This document shows, in pieces, positions 20,504 to 30,329 of a stretch of DNA of 64,000 bases (positions are counted from its first letter, which is position 1; each line of letters begins with the position of its first letter). The position numbers and the translations under genes are program-made. The notes beneath the pieces are model-generated. The model was not told the DNA's origin and did no database searches. It worked only from the letters and a program-made list of their open reading frames with translations. The DNA is from an uncultured virus (IMG/VR IMGVR_UViG_3300010356_001334). Its lineage: Duplodnaviria > Heunggongvirae > Uroviricota > Caudoviricetes. The stretch is from the IMG/VR virus record IMGVR_UViG_3300010356_001334; one strand, written 5' to 3'.

Positions 20504-21802
20504 TTAAGCTCCATTACTACGTGCTGCAACCATATAGTTAACGCTATCGTACATACGAGTCACATAAAGAACTCCGTCTCGATAGACACGTCGCATAGGG
20601 TTTGCGATGCTAGTGAACTCAGTAGCTGTCTCTGCAGTCTTAATGAGCTCAACCATCATTAAGACCCAGTCTCTTGTATAGACGCTCATGCGGTTAAAAT
20701 CGAGTGAGTTAGTTGAGACCGGGATATAGTCTTTAAAAAGTTCCATTAGTTTACGTCGCCCTTCAATATTACTAATGCCATTTAAAGCTAGGACTGTAAT
20801 GGCTTTATAATCGAAAGGAAGAATCGTTAAGTTTGATTCAACAAAGGCAGGAGAAATAGAATTCCATTTAGCACGTGCAAATTGAAGGGTTTCAATAGGA
20901 TTACTTGCTGAGCTATAGATTGCTGAGAGTTCTGTCAAGTTTGGAATTGCAATCTTATCCCATCGAGGATAAAATAAGAACTCGGTTCGTTTAAAGATAT
21001 CCGGAAAGATCACTTTCCACTCGGCTTCACTATGTGTACTATTTTCAAGGACATATTGCGCAATCGCGTCTTTAATTGCATCGATATTATCCCCATTTTT
21101 ACCATAGACTAAAACACCCCACATCACCGAAGTCTTTTGAGCTTGGTTATTGGGATTAATGTAATCAAAATTATAAACACGAGTATACGTATCTGGATAG
21201 ATACCCTTATACGTCTGAATGCGCTCGACCATTTCACCGACGGTCATAGTGTTAAGCTGAGTAGCTAAGTCACCATAGCTTCCAAAGAATCGATCTAAGA
21301 GATCGACTGGAGGAACCGTCACAATTTCATAATCGGTGTACTGGTTCTCAAAAGCTTCATTACGTGTCCAAATTCGAATGTCAGTCTCAGGATGAGTTAG
21401 GCTATCCCATGACATCCATTCAGGAACAGTACGTTCAGAGCCAACATGAAGTGCACCTAATACAAAATTCTGGATTTTTCCATTGAAAAAGGTCAGAATA
21501 GTATTTTGAAGATCGACCGTATCGTAAGGATAGGTGTTTTGTTGCATGTAAGTGAGGACTTCACTTACAACGGCAAGGATTTCTTGAACTTGTGTTTGAG
21601 GAAGCTCATACGTTTCCCCGGTATCAAGATTACGTGCCTTAAATGTATGAAGAACATCTCCGACAAAATCAGGATCTTGATACTCACCGCGCTCACGTGT
21701 ATACGTGAGCGCTAAAGGCGAGAGTTCAAAGTGTTCTGAGACAACACCGGGTTGATTTTTAATTGAAGCACTCTTTGTTACAAATCCACGAATTGAACGC
21801 AT
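20504..21802 (-). CDS. Putative virion structural protein of phiKZ-like phages
   Basis: 432-aa ORF; FELSPLALTY and IFPDIFKRTEF motifs; position next to RNase H. Confidence 0.6.
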   Translation of the reverse strand: MRSIRGFVTKSASIKNQPGVVSEHFELSPLALTYTRERGEYQDPDFVGDVLHTFKARNLDTGETYELPQTQVQEILAVVSEVLTYMQQNTYPYDTVDLQNTILTFFNGKIQNFVLGALHVGSERTVPEWMSWDSLTHPETDIRIWTRNEAFENQYTDYEIVTVPPVDLLDRFFGSYGDLATQLNTMTVGEMVERIQTYKGIYPDTYTRVYNFDYINPNNQAQKTSVMWGVLVYGKNGDNIDAIKDAIAQYVLENSTHSEAEWKVIFPDIFKRTEFLFYPRWDKIAIPNLTELSAIYSSASNPIETLQFARAKWNSISPAFVESNLTILPFDYKAITVLALNGISNIEGRRKLMELFKDYIPVSTNSLDFNRMSVYTRDWVLMMVELIKTAETATEFTSIANPMRRVYRDGVLYVTRMYDSVNYMVAARSNGA

Positions 21803-21836
21803 AATTCATTAACCCTTTAAAAGAAGGAATTCAAAA

Positions 21837-22121
21837 TTGACGCATTTGGCAAAATTAATCTTTTACCTCTTGCGTGAGCTCATTTTTGACAACAAAGACG
21901 AGTACAATCACAAGAGCGTGAAATTTAACACCCGTAAATTTTTAATCCTGATTTTGTTTACTTTATCTTTTTTAGCCAATTTCTGGGTATTCAATCGATT
22001 TTTAATTGTGGCGGATGACTATATTAAACTTCAAGAAAAAGTTAAAGTAAGTTGTCCGTATCTACTTAAAAAATCAGAAATGACACCCGATAAAAAAGAC
22101 ACGGTAGGCACCATCAGATAG
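21837..22121 (+). CDS. Small single-TM protein (lysis-related function possible)
   Basis: AAGGA RBS, one TM helix followed by a short coil and a Cys. Confidence 0.5.
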   Translation: MTHLAKLIFYLLRELIFDNKDEYNHKSVKFNTRKFLILILFTLSFLANFWVFNRFLIVADDYIKLQEKVKVSCPYLLKKSEMTPDKKDTVGTIR

Positions 22122-22190
22122 CTAGGAAAGTTGAGATTTTAAAAGCTTTCCTCTTAGATTATCGACAAATCATGATTGTGAGGAAAACAC

Positions 22191-23681
22191 ATGACAAAAG
22201 AAGTCATGGAGCACGGTGTCGTCATCTATACAGATGGTTCTGCGCGCCCTAACCCAGGGTTTTATGGTTCAGGTCTTCATGGGTATGTCTATGCACTTCT
22301 TGATGCAAATGACAAACCCACCAAGATCAATGCTCTAATCGCAACTGACAAAGGTTACATCTATCAGAAAGACTTGGATAAGACAGATGCACGTCCTGTT
22401 CAAGTCACGCGCTATCTGGATAGTTTTTCAGCCAGTCTTGAGCAAGGTACAAACAATATCGCTGAGATTGATGCGGTTAGTTTATTCTTTGAACATTATG
22501 AAGATATTGCTAATGAGATTGAAACCCTATATATTTTAACAGATAGCGAGTATGTGGTTAAAGGAGTGACAGAATGGGTTGAAGGTTGGAAGCGTCGAGG
22601 CTGGATGACGTCTAATATGACCCCTGTCAGTAATCAATCTTCTTGGATGCGACTCGACTCCCATCTTCAGAACTTTAATAATCGAGCTACTTATGAGATT
22701 GCTTGGGTACGTGGCCACAATGATGATTTTGGAAATGTCAAAGCAGATTACTTAGCTGGAATTGCTACGAATCATTCAACGGATAATAAAGAGACCCAAT
22801 TCAAAGTCATCAGTGATCCTTTGCGTTATCATAAGTGTGATGACAACCTTCATCCTTTCTTGGGGCTTAAACGGATCTACTTTAATACAGACCCTAAGTT
22901 TAATGAACCAGGGGTCTATTATCAGACAGGATGGTCTGGCACAGATTTCATTGTAGGGAAGCGTACGAGTGAAGCAGCCTTTTCAGTTGTCAAGCTCAAC
23001 ACGCCTGACCCCTTAGTTGAAGAAATTATTCAAGCGCAATATAACGCCCCTTCAACGTTCAATAGCATTGTCTATGCTAAGATTGATCGTATCAAGAGTC
23101 CGGATGTCCTACCTTACCTTGTCACTCATGGCCGCTATGCTCTGTCATGTGACAAGCGGAATCTTAATCTGAACTTCCTTGATCGTAAACCAGTCACGAT
23201 TGAAGTTAGACCTGGTGAGCTCCCACTTTACGCAATTGATGTTTTGAACCATCTAGAACAAATTCTAGAAACGCTAGAAGAACACTATCTAGAACACAAA
23301 ACTTATACAGGTGTTTCAACTCAGCTCTATACGCTTCATGACATCACCGCTCACTTTTATGAAAAGGGTGAAAAGACAGTCGGTAAGAAAATAGTTCCCA
23401 CTACCACGCTTAAAAAAGACTATGGTGTAGGGATTAAAAAGACTGAAGTCAATATTACGGAAGAGATCAATGAAGAGACTAAAACATTTTCACTGCCTTT
23501 GATCTTTACAGATGACATTCCAAGTCGCAATACCTTTAAACATCTTGAAGAATCTCATCCGACCGTCTATCTCGTGACTTGGAAAGATGCTGAAAAAGTT
23601 CTTCGGTATTCGACAATAATTAAGACGGAAGAAGCTGTCGGAATTTGGTCCAATTACTTTGCAAACATGGTCTATTTTTGA
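22191..23681 (+). CDS. rnhA: Ribonuclease HI with a C-terminal extension
   Basis: IYTDGS, TNNIAE, TDSEYV and WVRGH..GNVKADYLA: the complete RNase H catalytic set. Confidence 0.92.
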   Translation: MTKEVMEHGVVIYTDGSARPNPGFYGSGLHGYVYALLDANDKPTKINALIATDKGYIYQKDLDKTDARPVQVTRYLDSFSASLEQGTNNIAEIDAVSLFFEHYEDIANEIETLYILTDSEYVVKGVTEWVEGWKRRGWMTSNMTPVSNQSSWMRLDSHLQNFNNRATYEIAWVRGHNDDFGNVKADYLAGIATNHSTDNKETQFKVISDPLRYHKCDDNLHPFLGLKRIYFNTDPKFNEPGVYYQTGWSGTDFIVGKRTSEAAFSVVKLNTPDPLVEEIIQAQYNAPSTFNSIVYAKIDRIKSPDVLPYLVTHGRYALSCDKRNLNLNFLDRKPVTIEVRPGELPLYAIDVLNHLEQILETLEEHYLEHKTYTGVSTQLYTLHDITAHFYEKGEKTVGKKIVPTTTLKKDYGVGIKKTEVNITEEINEETKTFSLPLIFTDDIPSRNTFKHLEESHPTVYLVTWKDAEKVLRYSTIIKTEEAVGIWSNYFANMVYF

Positions 23682-23693
23682 TCGTTTTCAAAG

Positions 23694-24164
23694 GTGAGGA
23701 AAATGTCAACGCCTATTAACCAAACACTTGGAGATAACTTCTTTAAACGTTATCTCAAAAGAAAGCTAACTTCCATTCTTCCTAGACGTGTGAAGCGCAT
23801 GTTCTACTTAGGTTCTCTATTGAACCTTTTTCTAGGAACAGATAAACCTGAGCTCTCTGTTGTAGATCAAGTCAATACTAAACTTGATCTAGCTAATACG
23901 AGTACTGGGCTCCTCTTTCCGATCTATATTGGAACAAAGTATTGGGGTAGTGTTAAAGACACACCTATTGAATTAAGTCAGAATACATTTAAACCGAGTC
24001 AAATTCTTTTAAATGAAACTGAAGACATTGATGTTTGGAAAATTAGTCTTTATCTGACTAAACGCTGTCCAGATTGGATGGTCTATGGGTCTGAAGAGCT
24101 ATTGACTTCCGACACGCATGATCTTGTTAAAACTTTAAAAGAGCTTAGGCCAGTTTTACATTAA
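23694..24164 (+). CDS. Hypothetical protein
   Basis: ORF downstream of RNase H; likely ATG start at 23703 after GAGG. Confidence 0.6.
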   Translation: MRKMSTPINQTLGDNFFKRYLKRKLTSILPRRVKRMFYLGSLLNLFLGTDKPELSVVDQVNTKLDLANTSTGLLFPIYIGTKYWGSVKDTPIELSQNTFKPSQILLNETEDIDVWKISLYLTKRCPDWMVYGSEELLTSDTHDLVKTLKELRPVLH

Positions 24165-24171
24165 AAATATT

Positions 24172-24624
24172 ATGTTAATTTTTACTTCAGGCAATATCTT
24201 TGAAGCGCAAGCCGATGCCTATGTTAATCCTGTCAATTGCATGGGAGTAATGGGTAAAGGCTTAGCGCTTGAGTTTAAAGAACGCTTTCCTCAAAATTAC
24301 ACAGCGTATAAATTTGATTGTCAAAGAAAGGAAGTCCGTGTTGGGGAAATGCATGTCTGCTTTATCCATGACCACGGCTATCCAAAATACATCATTAACT
24401 TTCCAACTAAGATCCATTGGAAAGATTCAAGTCAAATCAACTATATTCATGTTGGTCTTCAGTCATTGTTAAGATGTATTGAAGAGCTAAAACTAAACTC
24501 TATTGCGATTCCACGAATCGGATGCGGTCTAGGGGGTTTAGATTGGGTTTTAGTAAAAAAAGAAATACAAAAAGTATTAGGGAATGTCTCTAATACTAAA
24601 ATTTATGTCTATGAAGGGTTATAA
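24172..24624 (+). CDS. Macrodomain ADP-ribosylhydrolase (DarG/Poa1p-like)
   Basis: GNIF...VNPVNCMGVMGKGLA, INFPTK.HW and IAIPRIGCGLGGLDW motifs. Confidence 0.9.
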   Translation: MLIFTSGNIFEAQADAYVNPVNCMGVMGKGLALEFKERFPQNYTAYKFDCQRKEVRVGEMHVCFIHDHGYPKYIINFPTKIHWKDSSQINYIHVGLQSLLRCIEELKLNSIAIPRIGCGLGGLDWVLVKKEIQKVLGNVSNTKIYVYEGL

Positions 24625-24626
24625 GA

Positions 24627-24983
24627 GTGACCATTGACTATAAAAAACAACTGGAAGAGGAATTTCAAAGCTTCTATCGAGTTGTTTCTCAAGCCGGTGT
24701 TAATATTCAACATGTCTCCATTACACTTTTCGATATCTTTATTCGATTCAGTCTAAATGGACATATGGAGCAATATCGTTTTGCCAGATTAAACTCAGAT
24801 TGGACGCCGTGTATTAAAAAGACCAATGATCCTTTTGAAGATTACGTCTTCAATATTCTGTGTTCTTTCTTTGATAAAGAAAAAGAAGTTGAAAAAGATA
24901 AAATTCTCGAAGGTAAGTTAAAAGAGTTAAGTCGTATTCTTAAGAAGAGTCATGTTGTTTACCATCTTAATTCGCTGACATAG
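24627..24983 (+). CDS. Hypothetical protein
   Basis: Follows the macrodomain gene and ends within a hairpin. Confidence 0.55.
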   Translation: MTIDYKKQLEEEFQSFYRVVSQAGVNIQHVSITLFDIFIRFSLNGHMEQYRFARLNSDWTPCIKKTNDPFEDYVFNILCSFFDKEKEVEKDKILEGKLKELSRILKKSHVVYHLNSLT

Positions 24984-25016
24984 AGGAAGGGCTTTTACGC
25001 CCTTCCTCTATGTCAG
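24975..25016. terminator. Bidirectional terminator
   Basis: CTGACATAGAGGAAGGGC/GCCCTTCCTCTATGTCAG (18-bp stem). Confidence 0.85.
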
Positions 25017-25021
25017 TAAGA

Positions 25022-25939
25022 TTACTTTACAAAAAGTTTACGAAGTTGTTCAGCGATATTATTCACAGAACCGACTGCAGTTTCAACATAATAACCATAT
25101 AGCGCAATTGCTTCAACATACTTAGCAACTTCATAAGCTCCTTCAGCCAGATTCTTTGCAGTCTGACCAGAAACATTAGCGATGTCGCCTTGTTCCATGC
25201 GTTGATTAATCAATGCAAGTAAGTCAGTTGTTTTCTGAACATCCGAAGCAATAACCTTATAATTCTGTCCTTTACGAGATTGATCCAGCTTTTCACTTAA
25301 AGTAAAAATGATATCAAGATCAGCAAAACGATCAATAACCTTATTTAAAGGACGGCGAGAAAGCGTTGAGAATTTAGAATCGAAGAACTGCTGGATCTGC
25401 TTCTGACGATCTTCACGCTCGACACGAATACGCTTATAAGTATCAGCATGCGATTTCAAAGAAATCCGAATGTCCGCATTAGACAAGAACATCGAAAGCT
25501 GAAGATTATAGTCTGCTAAAACTTTTCGACCATCTTCAATGATCTTCTTATCATAGGACAGAAGTAGTTGAAGATACGGAATCAGTTTTCCATTAAATCC
25601 CTCAGGCACAGCAACCAGTGTTGACTCGTAGACTAAGAAACTATAACCATCAAGTGCTTTAATGATGTCTTTGTGAAGCTTAGATGTAATTGCTGGTTTT
25701 TGTTCAACAGGATCAACTAACTTATTCAAATTCGGAATATAAGCCTGAATCATCTCTGCTGACTTAGGTAGAAGATTCCTAAAGACAGAAATAACATTTG
25801 AGACAACAGTGGACTCAACAGCCAGACGCTTGACCATGAGCTCATAGCTCGGAGGGGTCAGTTCTTCATTTGCTAAAAGCATGGTAAAGTTCCTTAATGA
25901 TTTATCTTTTGAAAACGAGGGAACGACCCCTGTCATCAT
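25022..25939 (-). CDS. Putative virion (internal head) protein
   Basis: Divergent from uvsX as in phiKZ-like phages; AVES potential protease site near the N-terminus. Confidence 0.55.
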   Translation of the reverse strand: MMTGVVPSFSKDKSLRNFTMLLANEELTPPSYELMVKRLAVESTVVSNVISVFRNLLPKSAEMIQAYIPNLNKLVDPVEQKPAITSKLHKDIIKALDGYSFLVYESTLVAVPEGFNGKLIPYLQLLLSYDKKIIEDGRKVLADYNLQLSMFLSNADIRISLKSHADTYKRIRVEREDRQKQIQQFFDSKFSTLSRRPLNKVIDRFADLDIIFTLSEKLDQSRKGQNYKVIASDVQKTTDLLALINQRMEQGDIANVSGQTAKNLAEGAYEVAKYVEAIALYGYYVETAVGSVNNIAEQLRKLFVK

Positions 25940-26037
25940 CGTTATAAAGGCAGAGCAAAAACGCTCTAACCGGACTCATACTATAGCGGGAGACACACTC
26001 CCTATAGTAGAAAAATCATTAGGAGTAGTTTTCAAAC

Positions 26038-27495
26038 ATGGAACGTCCCTCCCTTCGTCTTCCTCCTCCGGTTAAGTTTATGCTCAATACGGGCGCTTTG
26101 ATGGATATCCCAACTGCCCAGTATGTAAAGGGTACGCATGATCAACGTGTGCTCTTAGGAGGCATTGGAAACATTACGGGTATTGTGGGTCCCGGTAACT
26201 GTTTTAAAACCACGATCATGCGGTTTATGGAACTTTCAGCGGTGAGTCGTATCATCACGACCGTTCCAGATACCTATATCGGCACGTACGACACAGAAAT
26301 CAACACACACGAAGATCGGAACCTTAAACTGTCTCAAAGTTTTGAAGTTTTTAAAGACCGAGACATTTTAACGGAAGGGGTATGGCAGATTACGGATAAA
26401 TCTGTTTATCCCGGTAATGAATGGTTTGGTGCAGTTAAGAGTTATCTGAAAGATAAACGTGATGACAAGAAAGCATTAAAGTATGAGACGGCTTATCTAG
26501 ATCGCGATGGTGTCACTCCGATGAAAGTCATGACGCCTACGTTTAACGATATCGATTCCTTGTCACATTTCATCACAGCTGACGTTGAAAAGACAATGGA
26601 TACGACGGAACTGGGTGAGTCTGCGGGTAATACCATCTATATGCGTCAAGGTCTGGCTAAGTCTCGAATGCTCATGGAGATGCCGACACTTGCTGCAGCT
26701 AGCATGAACTACTTTCTTTTTACTGCTCATATCGGTAAAGAGATCGTCATGCCTTCGGGACCGGGCACGCCTCCGCCTCGTAAACAGCTTCAACATATGT
26801 CAAGTGGAGAGATCATCAAAGGGGTTACAAATAACTTCTTTTATCTTCTTCATAATTGCTGGTTGATTCATTCTGCACGCCCTTTTATTAATCAAGGCAC
26901 TAAAGCGCCTGAATACCCCTATCAACCAGGTGATGAAGTCGCTGGTGATCTCGATCTAAACATTGTAACGATGAAGCAGCTTCGGGGTAAAAATGGTTCT
27001 TCTGGGTTCTCGATTGAACTTCTAGTTTCTCAAAGTGAAGGGGTGCTGGCTTCTTTGTCGGAGTTTCATTATATCAAGAAGTCAAATCGATATGGATTAG
27101 AAGGCAATGATCGAAACTATAGTCTTGCACTTTATCCTGAAGTAGGTCTGTCTAGAACGACAGTAAGGCAGAAACTACGAGAAGATAAGAAACTGCAACG
27201 GGCTATGGAGATCACCAGTCAACTGTGTCAGCTTGAAGAGTTTCATCGTCATCTTAAAGATGAGCTTCTTTCTCCTGCTGAACTACGAAAAGCCATTGAA
27301 GAAAAAGGCTTTGACTGGAGTTGGTTGCTTGAGAATACACGTTCTTGGCACACCCTTAATGATGAACAACACCCTGGTTTCCCTTTGAGCACTTATGATC
27401 TGTGTCGTGTCGCCAAAGGTGAATATCATCCGTATTGGTTAGAAAAAGATAACAAAACCGTGAAGCCCGAATACCTTAAAAAGAAGGTTGTTTAA
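26038..27495 (+). CDS. uvsX: UvsX/RecA-like recombinase
   Basis: NTGALMDI, Walker A GPGNCFKT, YDTE and DIDSLS motifs; AGGAG RBS. Confidence 0.85.
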   Translation: MERPSLRLPPPVKFMLNTGALMDIPTAQYVKGTHDQRVLLGGIGNITGIVGPGNCFKTTIMRFMELSAVSRIITTVPDTYIGTYDTEINTHEDRNLKLSQSFEVFKDRDILTEGVWQITDKSVYPGNEWFGAVKSYLKDKRDDKKALKYETAYLDRDGVTPMKVMTPTFNDIDSLSHFITADVEKTMDTTELGESAGNTIYMRQGLAKSRMLMEMPTLAAASMNYFLFTAHIGKEIVMPSGPGTPPPRKQLQHMSSGEIIKGVTNNFFYLLHNCWLIHSARPFINQGTKAPEYPYQPGDEVAGDLDLNIVTMKQLRGKNGSSGFSIELLVSQSEGVLASLSEFHYIKKSNRYGLEGNDRNYSLALYPEVGLSRTTVRQKLREDKKLQRAMEITSQLCQLEEFHRHLKDELLSPAELRKAIEEKGFDWSWLLENTRSWHTLNDEQHPGFPLSTYDLCRVAKGEYHPYWLEKDNKTVKPEYLKKKVV

Positions 27496-27874
27496 AATGG
27501 ATACAAAAGCTATTGAGAAGTTCAATGAGTTCATGCGTGGACCCATGGAACAGTACCAAGCGCCTCGTCAAGAAGATGAACTTGATTTGGTTAGGATTGT
27601 TCGAGAAAAAATGGTACAGGCAGGTCTTCTTGAAAAACTGCCTTTGGCGTTTGATAATAATCGTTTTATTCAGGAAGCGATTGGAAAACCCTCTCATGCT
27701 CAGCAATATAACCTGAATCGATATTTCTCAACACAGCTGATGGCGGCACAAGACGATACATTGGTTCAGCGCTATGCACTGATCTATGAAATTCGTCCTG
27801 ATGAATGGTTAAATGTTTTTGATAATACCATTCTACCTGCCATTGTCAACTTCAATCTTCCTGTTGAGATCTAA
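27488..27874 (+). CDS. Hypothetical protein
   Basis: Sits in the operon between uvsX and an RNAP subunit. Confidence 0.65.
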   Translation: MFKMDTKAIEKFNEFMRGPMEQYQAPRQEDELDLVRIVREKMVQAGLLEKLPLAFDNNRFIQEAIGKPSHAQQYNLNRYFSTQLMAAQDDTLVQRYALIYEIRPDEWLNVFDNTILPAIVNFNLPVEI

Positions 27875-27877
27875 ACA

Positions 27878-28546
27878 ATGTCTGGGAATCGCCAAAAGGC
27901 AACAGCATTTATCCTTCAGAACCTGGAAGCAATTCTTCCAGGCAATGCTGATACGCCACGATACAAAAAGTATCTTGAGTCTTTGTCAGATGAAGCTTTT
28001 GATACTTATATGAAAGATATTAAGAATGGGGATAAGTGGCTAACCCTTACTGCTCCTAATTTTGCCAAGACTAAGCTCTCCCTTGAGCGTAACTTCGAAG
28101 TAGCAAAGAAACTAGGGATTTCTTTCTTTCACCACCTGTGGATTAAAGGAGACGAAGATACACCTTCTTACTTGACACCGATCAAGTACATGGTGGTTAA
28201 GCTCCCTTTCAGACTGGCTTCTCAGCGTCTAGCAAAGAAGATGTCAATTCCTAAGAACCAGCGAGTGATTAATACGCTCACAGGTCAGCCAACTGGGGAT
28301 TCAAAGGGTGCTAGTATTTCTTACCCTGAGCTTCGTGTCTGCGCTGCAATGGGTCTTGAGAATACCATGGTAGAACTGATGAAGTATCGTGGTGGAGATA
28401 TTCGAGGTGGCGCAGCACTAAATGCTTCCCTGATGAGAACAGGTCATGCAAATATGAAGACTTTATCTCATTTTGCGAGCGGGGTTCAATCTACCGCAAC
28501 GCTTAAGACGTTCTTAACCTCAGCTATGCTGAAAAATACACTTTAA
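27878..28546 (+). CDS. rpoB: Virion RNA polymerase beta subunit, C-terminal piece (phiKZ gp149-like)
   Basis: YMVVKL...LTGQPTGDSKGASISYPE matches the beta C-terminal YMLKL...TQQPLGG...GEME region. Confidence 0.8.
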   Translation: MSGNRQKATAFILQNLEAILPGNADTPRYKKYLESLSDEAFDTYMKDIKNGDKWLTLTAPNFAKTKLSLERNFEVAKKLGISFFHHLWIKGDEDTPSYLTPIKYMVVKLPFRLASQRLAKKMSIPKNQRVINTLTGQPTGDSKGASISYPELRVCAAMGLENTMVELMKYRGGDIRGGAALNASLMRTGHANMKTLSHFASGVQSTATLKTFLTSAMLKNTL

Positions 28547-28552
28547 TCAGTC

Positions 28553-29281
28553 ATGGATTTTGAAGCTTCGACGATCTATGTTGACATTGACGCACTTTTT
28601 GATACACGTGCAGCGACTTTAAATACATTTGGTTTAGAGCAAGCTCGTGTTGCGATTGCATCAGGCTATTATGATCGTCTCTATGATGAATTTGAAGGCA
28701 TTGATAGGGCTTCGTATTTAGAAGCTTATCAAAAACGAAATGTTTTAACTTTAAAAGATGCCATGGTGACGCCAGTAGCAAGGATGATTTATCTCTTTGC
28801 TAAGCAGACATTGGAAGCATTAGTTGCCTCCCCTTACCGTCGTCAACCTAAAGTCTTTTTAAATGTTTATCCGTATCAACTTGAAGAAGAAACTGTTAGG
28901 TATATTGTTGCAGGACTTCGCGCTGTTACTAAGAACACTATTGATGTTGAAATAGGGTATTTAACCCTTGAAGAGATTACGCCGCGTTACGTTAAACAAA
29001 ACTACGCAGTCATGGTAATGTACGAGTATTGGAATTGGTTAGAAGTCCATGCTCAAAATGAAAACCTTACACAGACACAATGTCCTCAAGTAACATTGAT
29101 TGGACCTCGTCTTGTTAAGTCAAAAGAAGCTGCACAAAAACTCTCAGGTCAGGATGTCTTTACAGCCATTGAAACCTATACAGGTCTTTTCATTAAACTG
29201 CAACTTTATCCTGTCAATGTTTTTTGTGTAGATCTGAATAGACTTAAAAGTAAGGGTGATGTAAAAACAGACACAGACTAG
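28553..29281 (+). CDS. Conserved hypothetical protein (HAD-like N-terminal motif)
   Basis: IYVDIDALFDTR at the N-terminus. Confidence 0.6.
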   Translation: MDFEASTIYVDIDALFDTRAATLNTFGLEQARVAIASGYYDRLYDEFEGIDRASYLEAYQKRNVLTLKDAMVTPVARMIYLFAKQTLEALVASPYRRQPKVFLNVYPYQLEEETVRYIVAGLRAVTKNTIDVEIGYLTLEEITPRYVKQNYAVMVMYEYWNWLEVHAQNENLTQTQCPQVTLIGPRLVKSKEAAQKLSGQDVFTAIETYTGLFIKLQLYPVNVFCVDLNRLKSKGDVKTDTD

Positions 29282-29305
29282 CCTTAAATGGCTAGTCTGT
29301 GTCTG
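29268..29305. terminator. Bidirectional terminator
   Basis: CAGACACAGACTAGCC/GGCTAGTCTGTGTCTG. Confidence 0.8.
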
Positions 29306-29311
29306 AGAGTA

Positions 29312-29743
29312 TCACTCACTGACTTCGTCAATAGAAATTACAATGTTACCAATATCAGTTTCCCCCGGAACCATGTCATCAATTTTAAGTTCTGAAGGTA
29401 ATTCTAAGACACGTGGTAATATTTCTTCATGTTGATCGGGTCGATATTGCATTAAGGCTTGCGCCACAAGTGATGTAAGGTTTGTTGTGTTCTGATCCGC
29501 CTTAGCAGCTACCTTCAGGCGTGTCCGTCCGATGATCTCACTATCGAGCCCATTCATCAAGTTAATGAGCATGGCTTTATCACTTTTATCTTCAGGTAGT
29601 TTATCTCCTTCTGTTAAAAGTGAAATCAGTCTACGACGTAGCTGTCGATTCTCATCTAAGACACGTTTATCTTCAGGTGAGAAAACACCATCATCCTGAC
29701 GATCAAGAATTTCAGGCTCGTGATTTAAGTTTTCAGATTGCAT
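29312..29743 (-). CDS. Hypothetical protein
   Basis: AGGA RBS, 143 aa. Confidence 0.65.
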   Translation of the reverse strand: MQSENLNHEPEILDRQDDGVFSPEDKRVLDENRQLRRRLISLLTEGDKLPEDKSDKAMLINLMNGLDSEIIGRTRLKVAAKADQNTTNLTSLVAQALMQYRPDQHEEILPRVLELPSELKIDDMVPGETDIGNIVISIDEVSE

Positions 29744-29770
29744 TTCGTATGTGTCCTGTAGTGAGTAGTA

Positions 29771-29795
29771 TTTAAGCCATGTACATCTTAGTTGA
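29771..29795 (+). promoter_or_regulatory. Candidate phage promoter motif TTTAAGCCATGTACATCTTAGTTGA
   Basis: Recurrent intergenic motif located upstream of ORF 29824. Confidence 0.5.
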
Positions 29796-29823
29796 CTGAA
29801 CGTGGCATCTGTCTGGAGGCAAA

Positions 29824-30273
29824 GTGCAAAGCCGTTCTTTCAATTGGTGGAATCAGTCAGCTTTGACGTTAACACCGTATGAAGAAGCGATTAGGCGATT
29901 GAAAGCAGTGGGTGTTCCGAGTGTAGACGTTTATCGAGATATCCGAAGCATCGAAACAGTCTTCCCTACAATCGATCTTTATCTTGAAGAGATCGAGCGT
30001 ATCATAAAATGTTTAGAAAATGATAGCTTCTACAAACCCAAGAGTCCTTTTGTTGTGGGGCGTGTACGACGTCAATCGTTTTACTTGACAAGAGAAGGCA
30101 TGTATTTAGATGTCGAAGAGGTCCATCAACGCTTTGTCAATCGCGCAATCTATCTATTGTCTTTATATGAAAGGAGAGAACTCGAACCTAATAAGTCCGG
30201 TTTATTGCAGTCAAATCTACACCGTGCCGTGACACTGATCAATAACTTAATGGATCTGAGTCAAGGTCTCTAG
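29824..30273 (+). CDS. Hypothetical protein
   Basis: GGAGG RBS before GTG. Confidence 0.65.
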   Translation: MQSRSFNWWNQSALTLTPYEEAIRRLKAVGVPSVDVYRDIRSIETVFPTIDLYLEEIERIIKCLENDSFYKPKSPFVVGRVRRQSFYLTREGMYLDVEEVHQRFVNRAIYLLSLYERRELEPNKSGLLQSNLHRAVTLINNLMDLSQGL

Positions 30274-30329
30274 CTGTCTTCATTTAAACATGACGAACAG
30301 CCTTCTACGCTCTTCTAAAGAAAGAGGCT

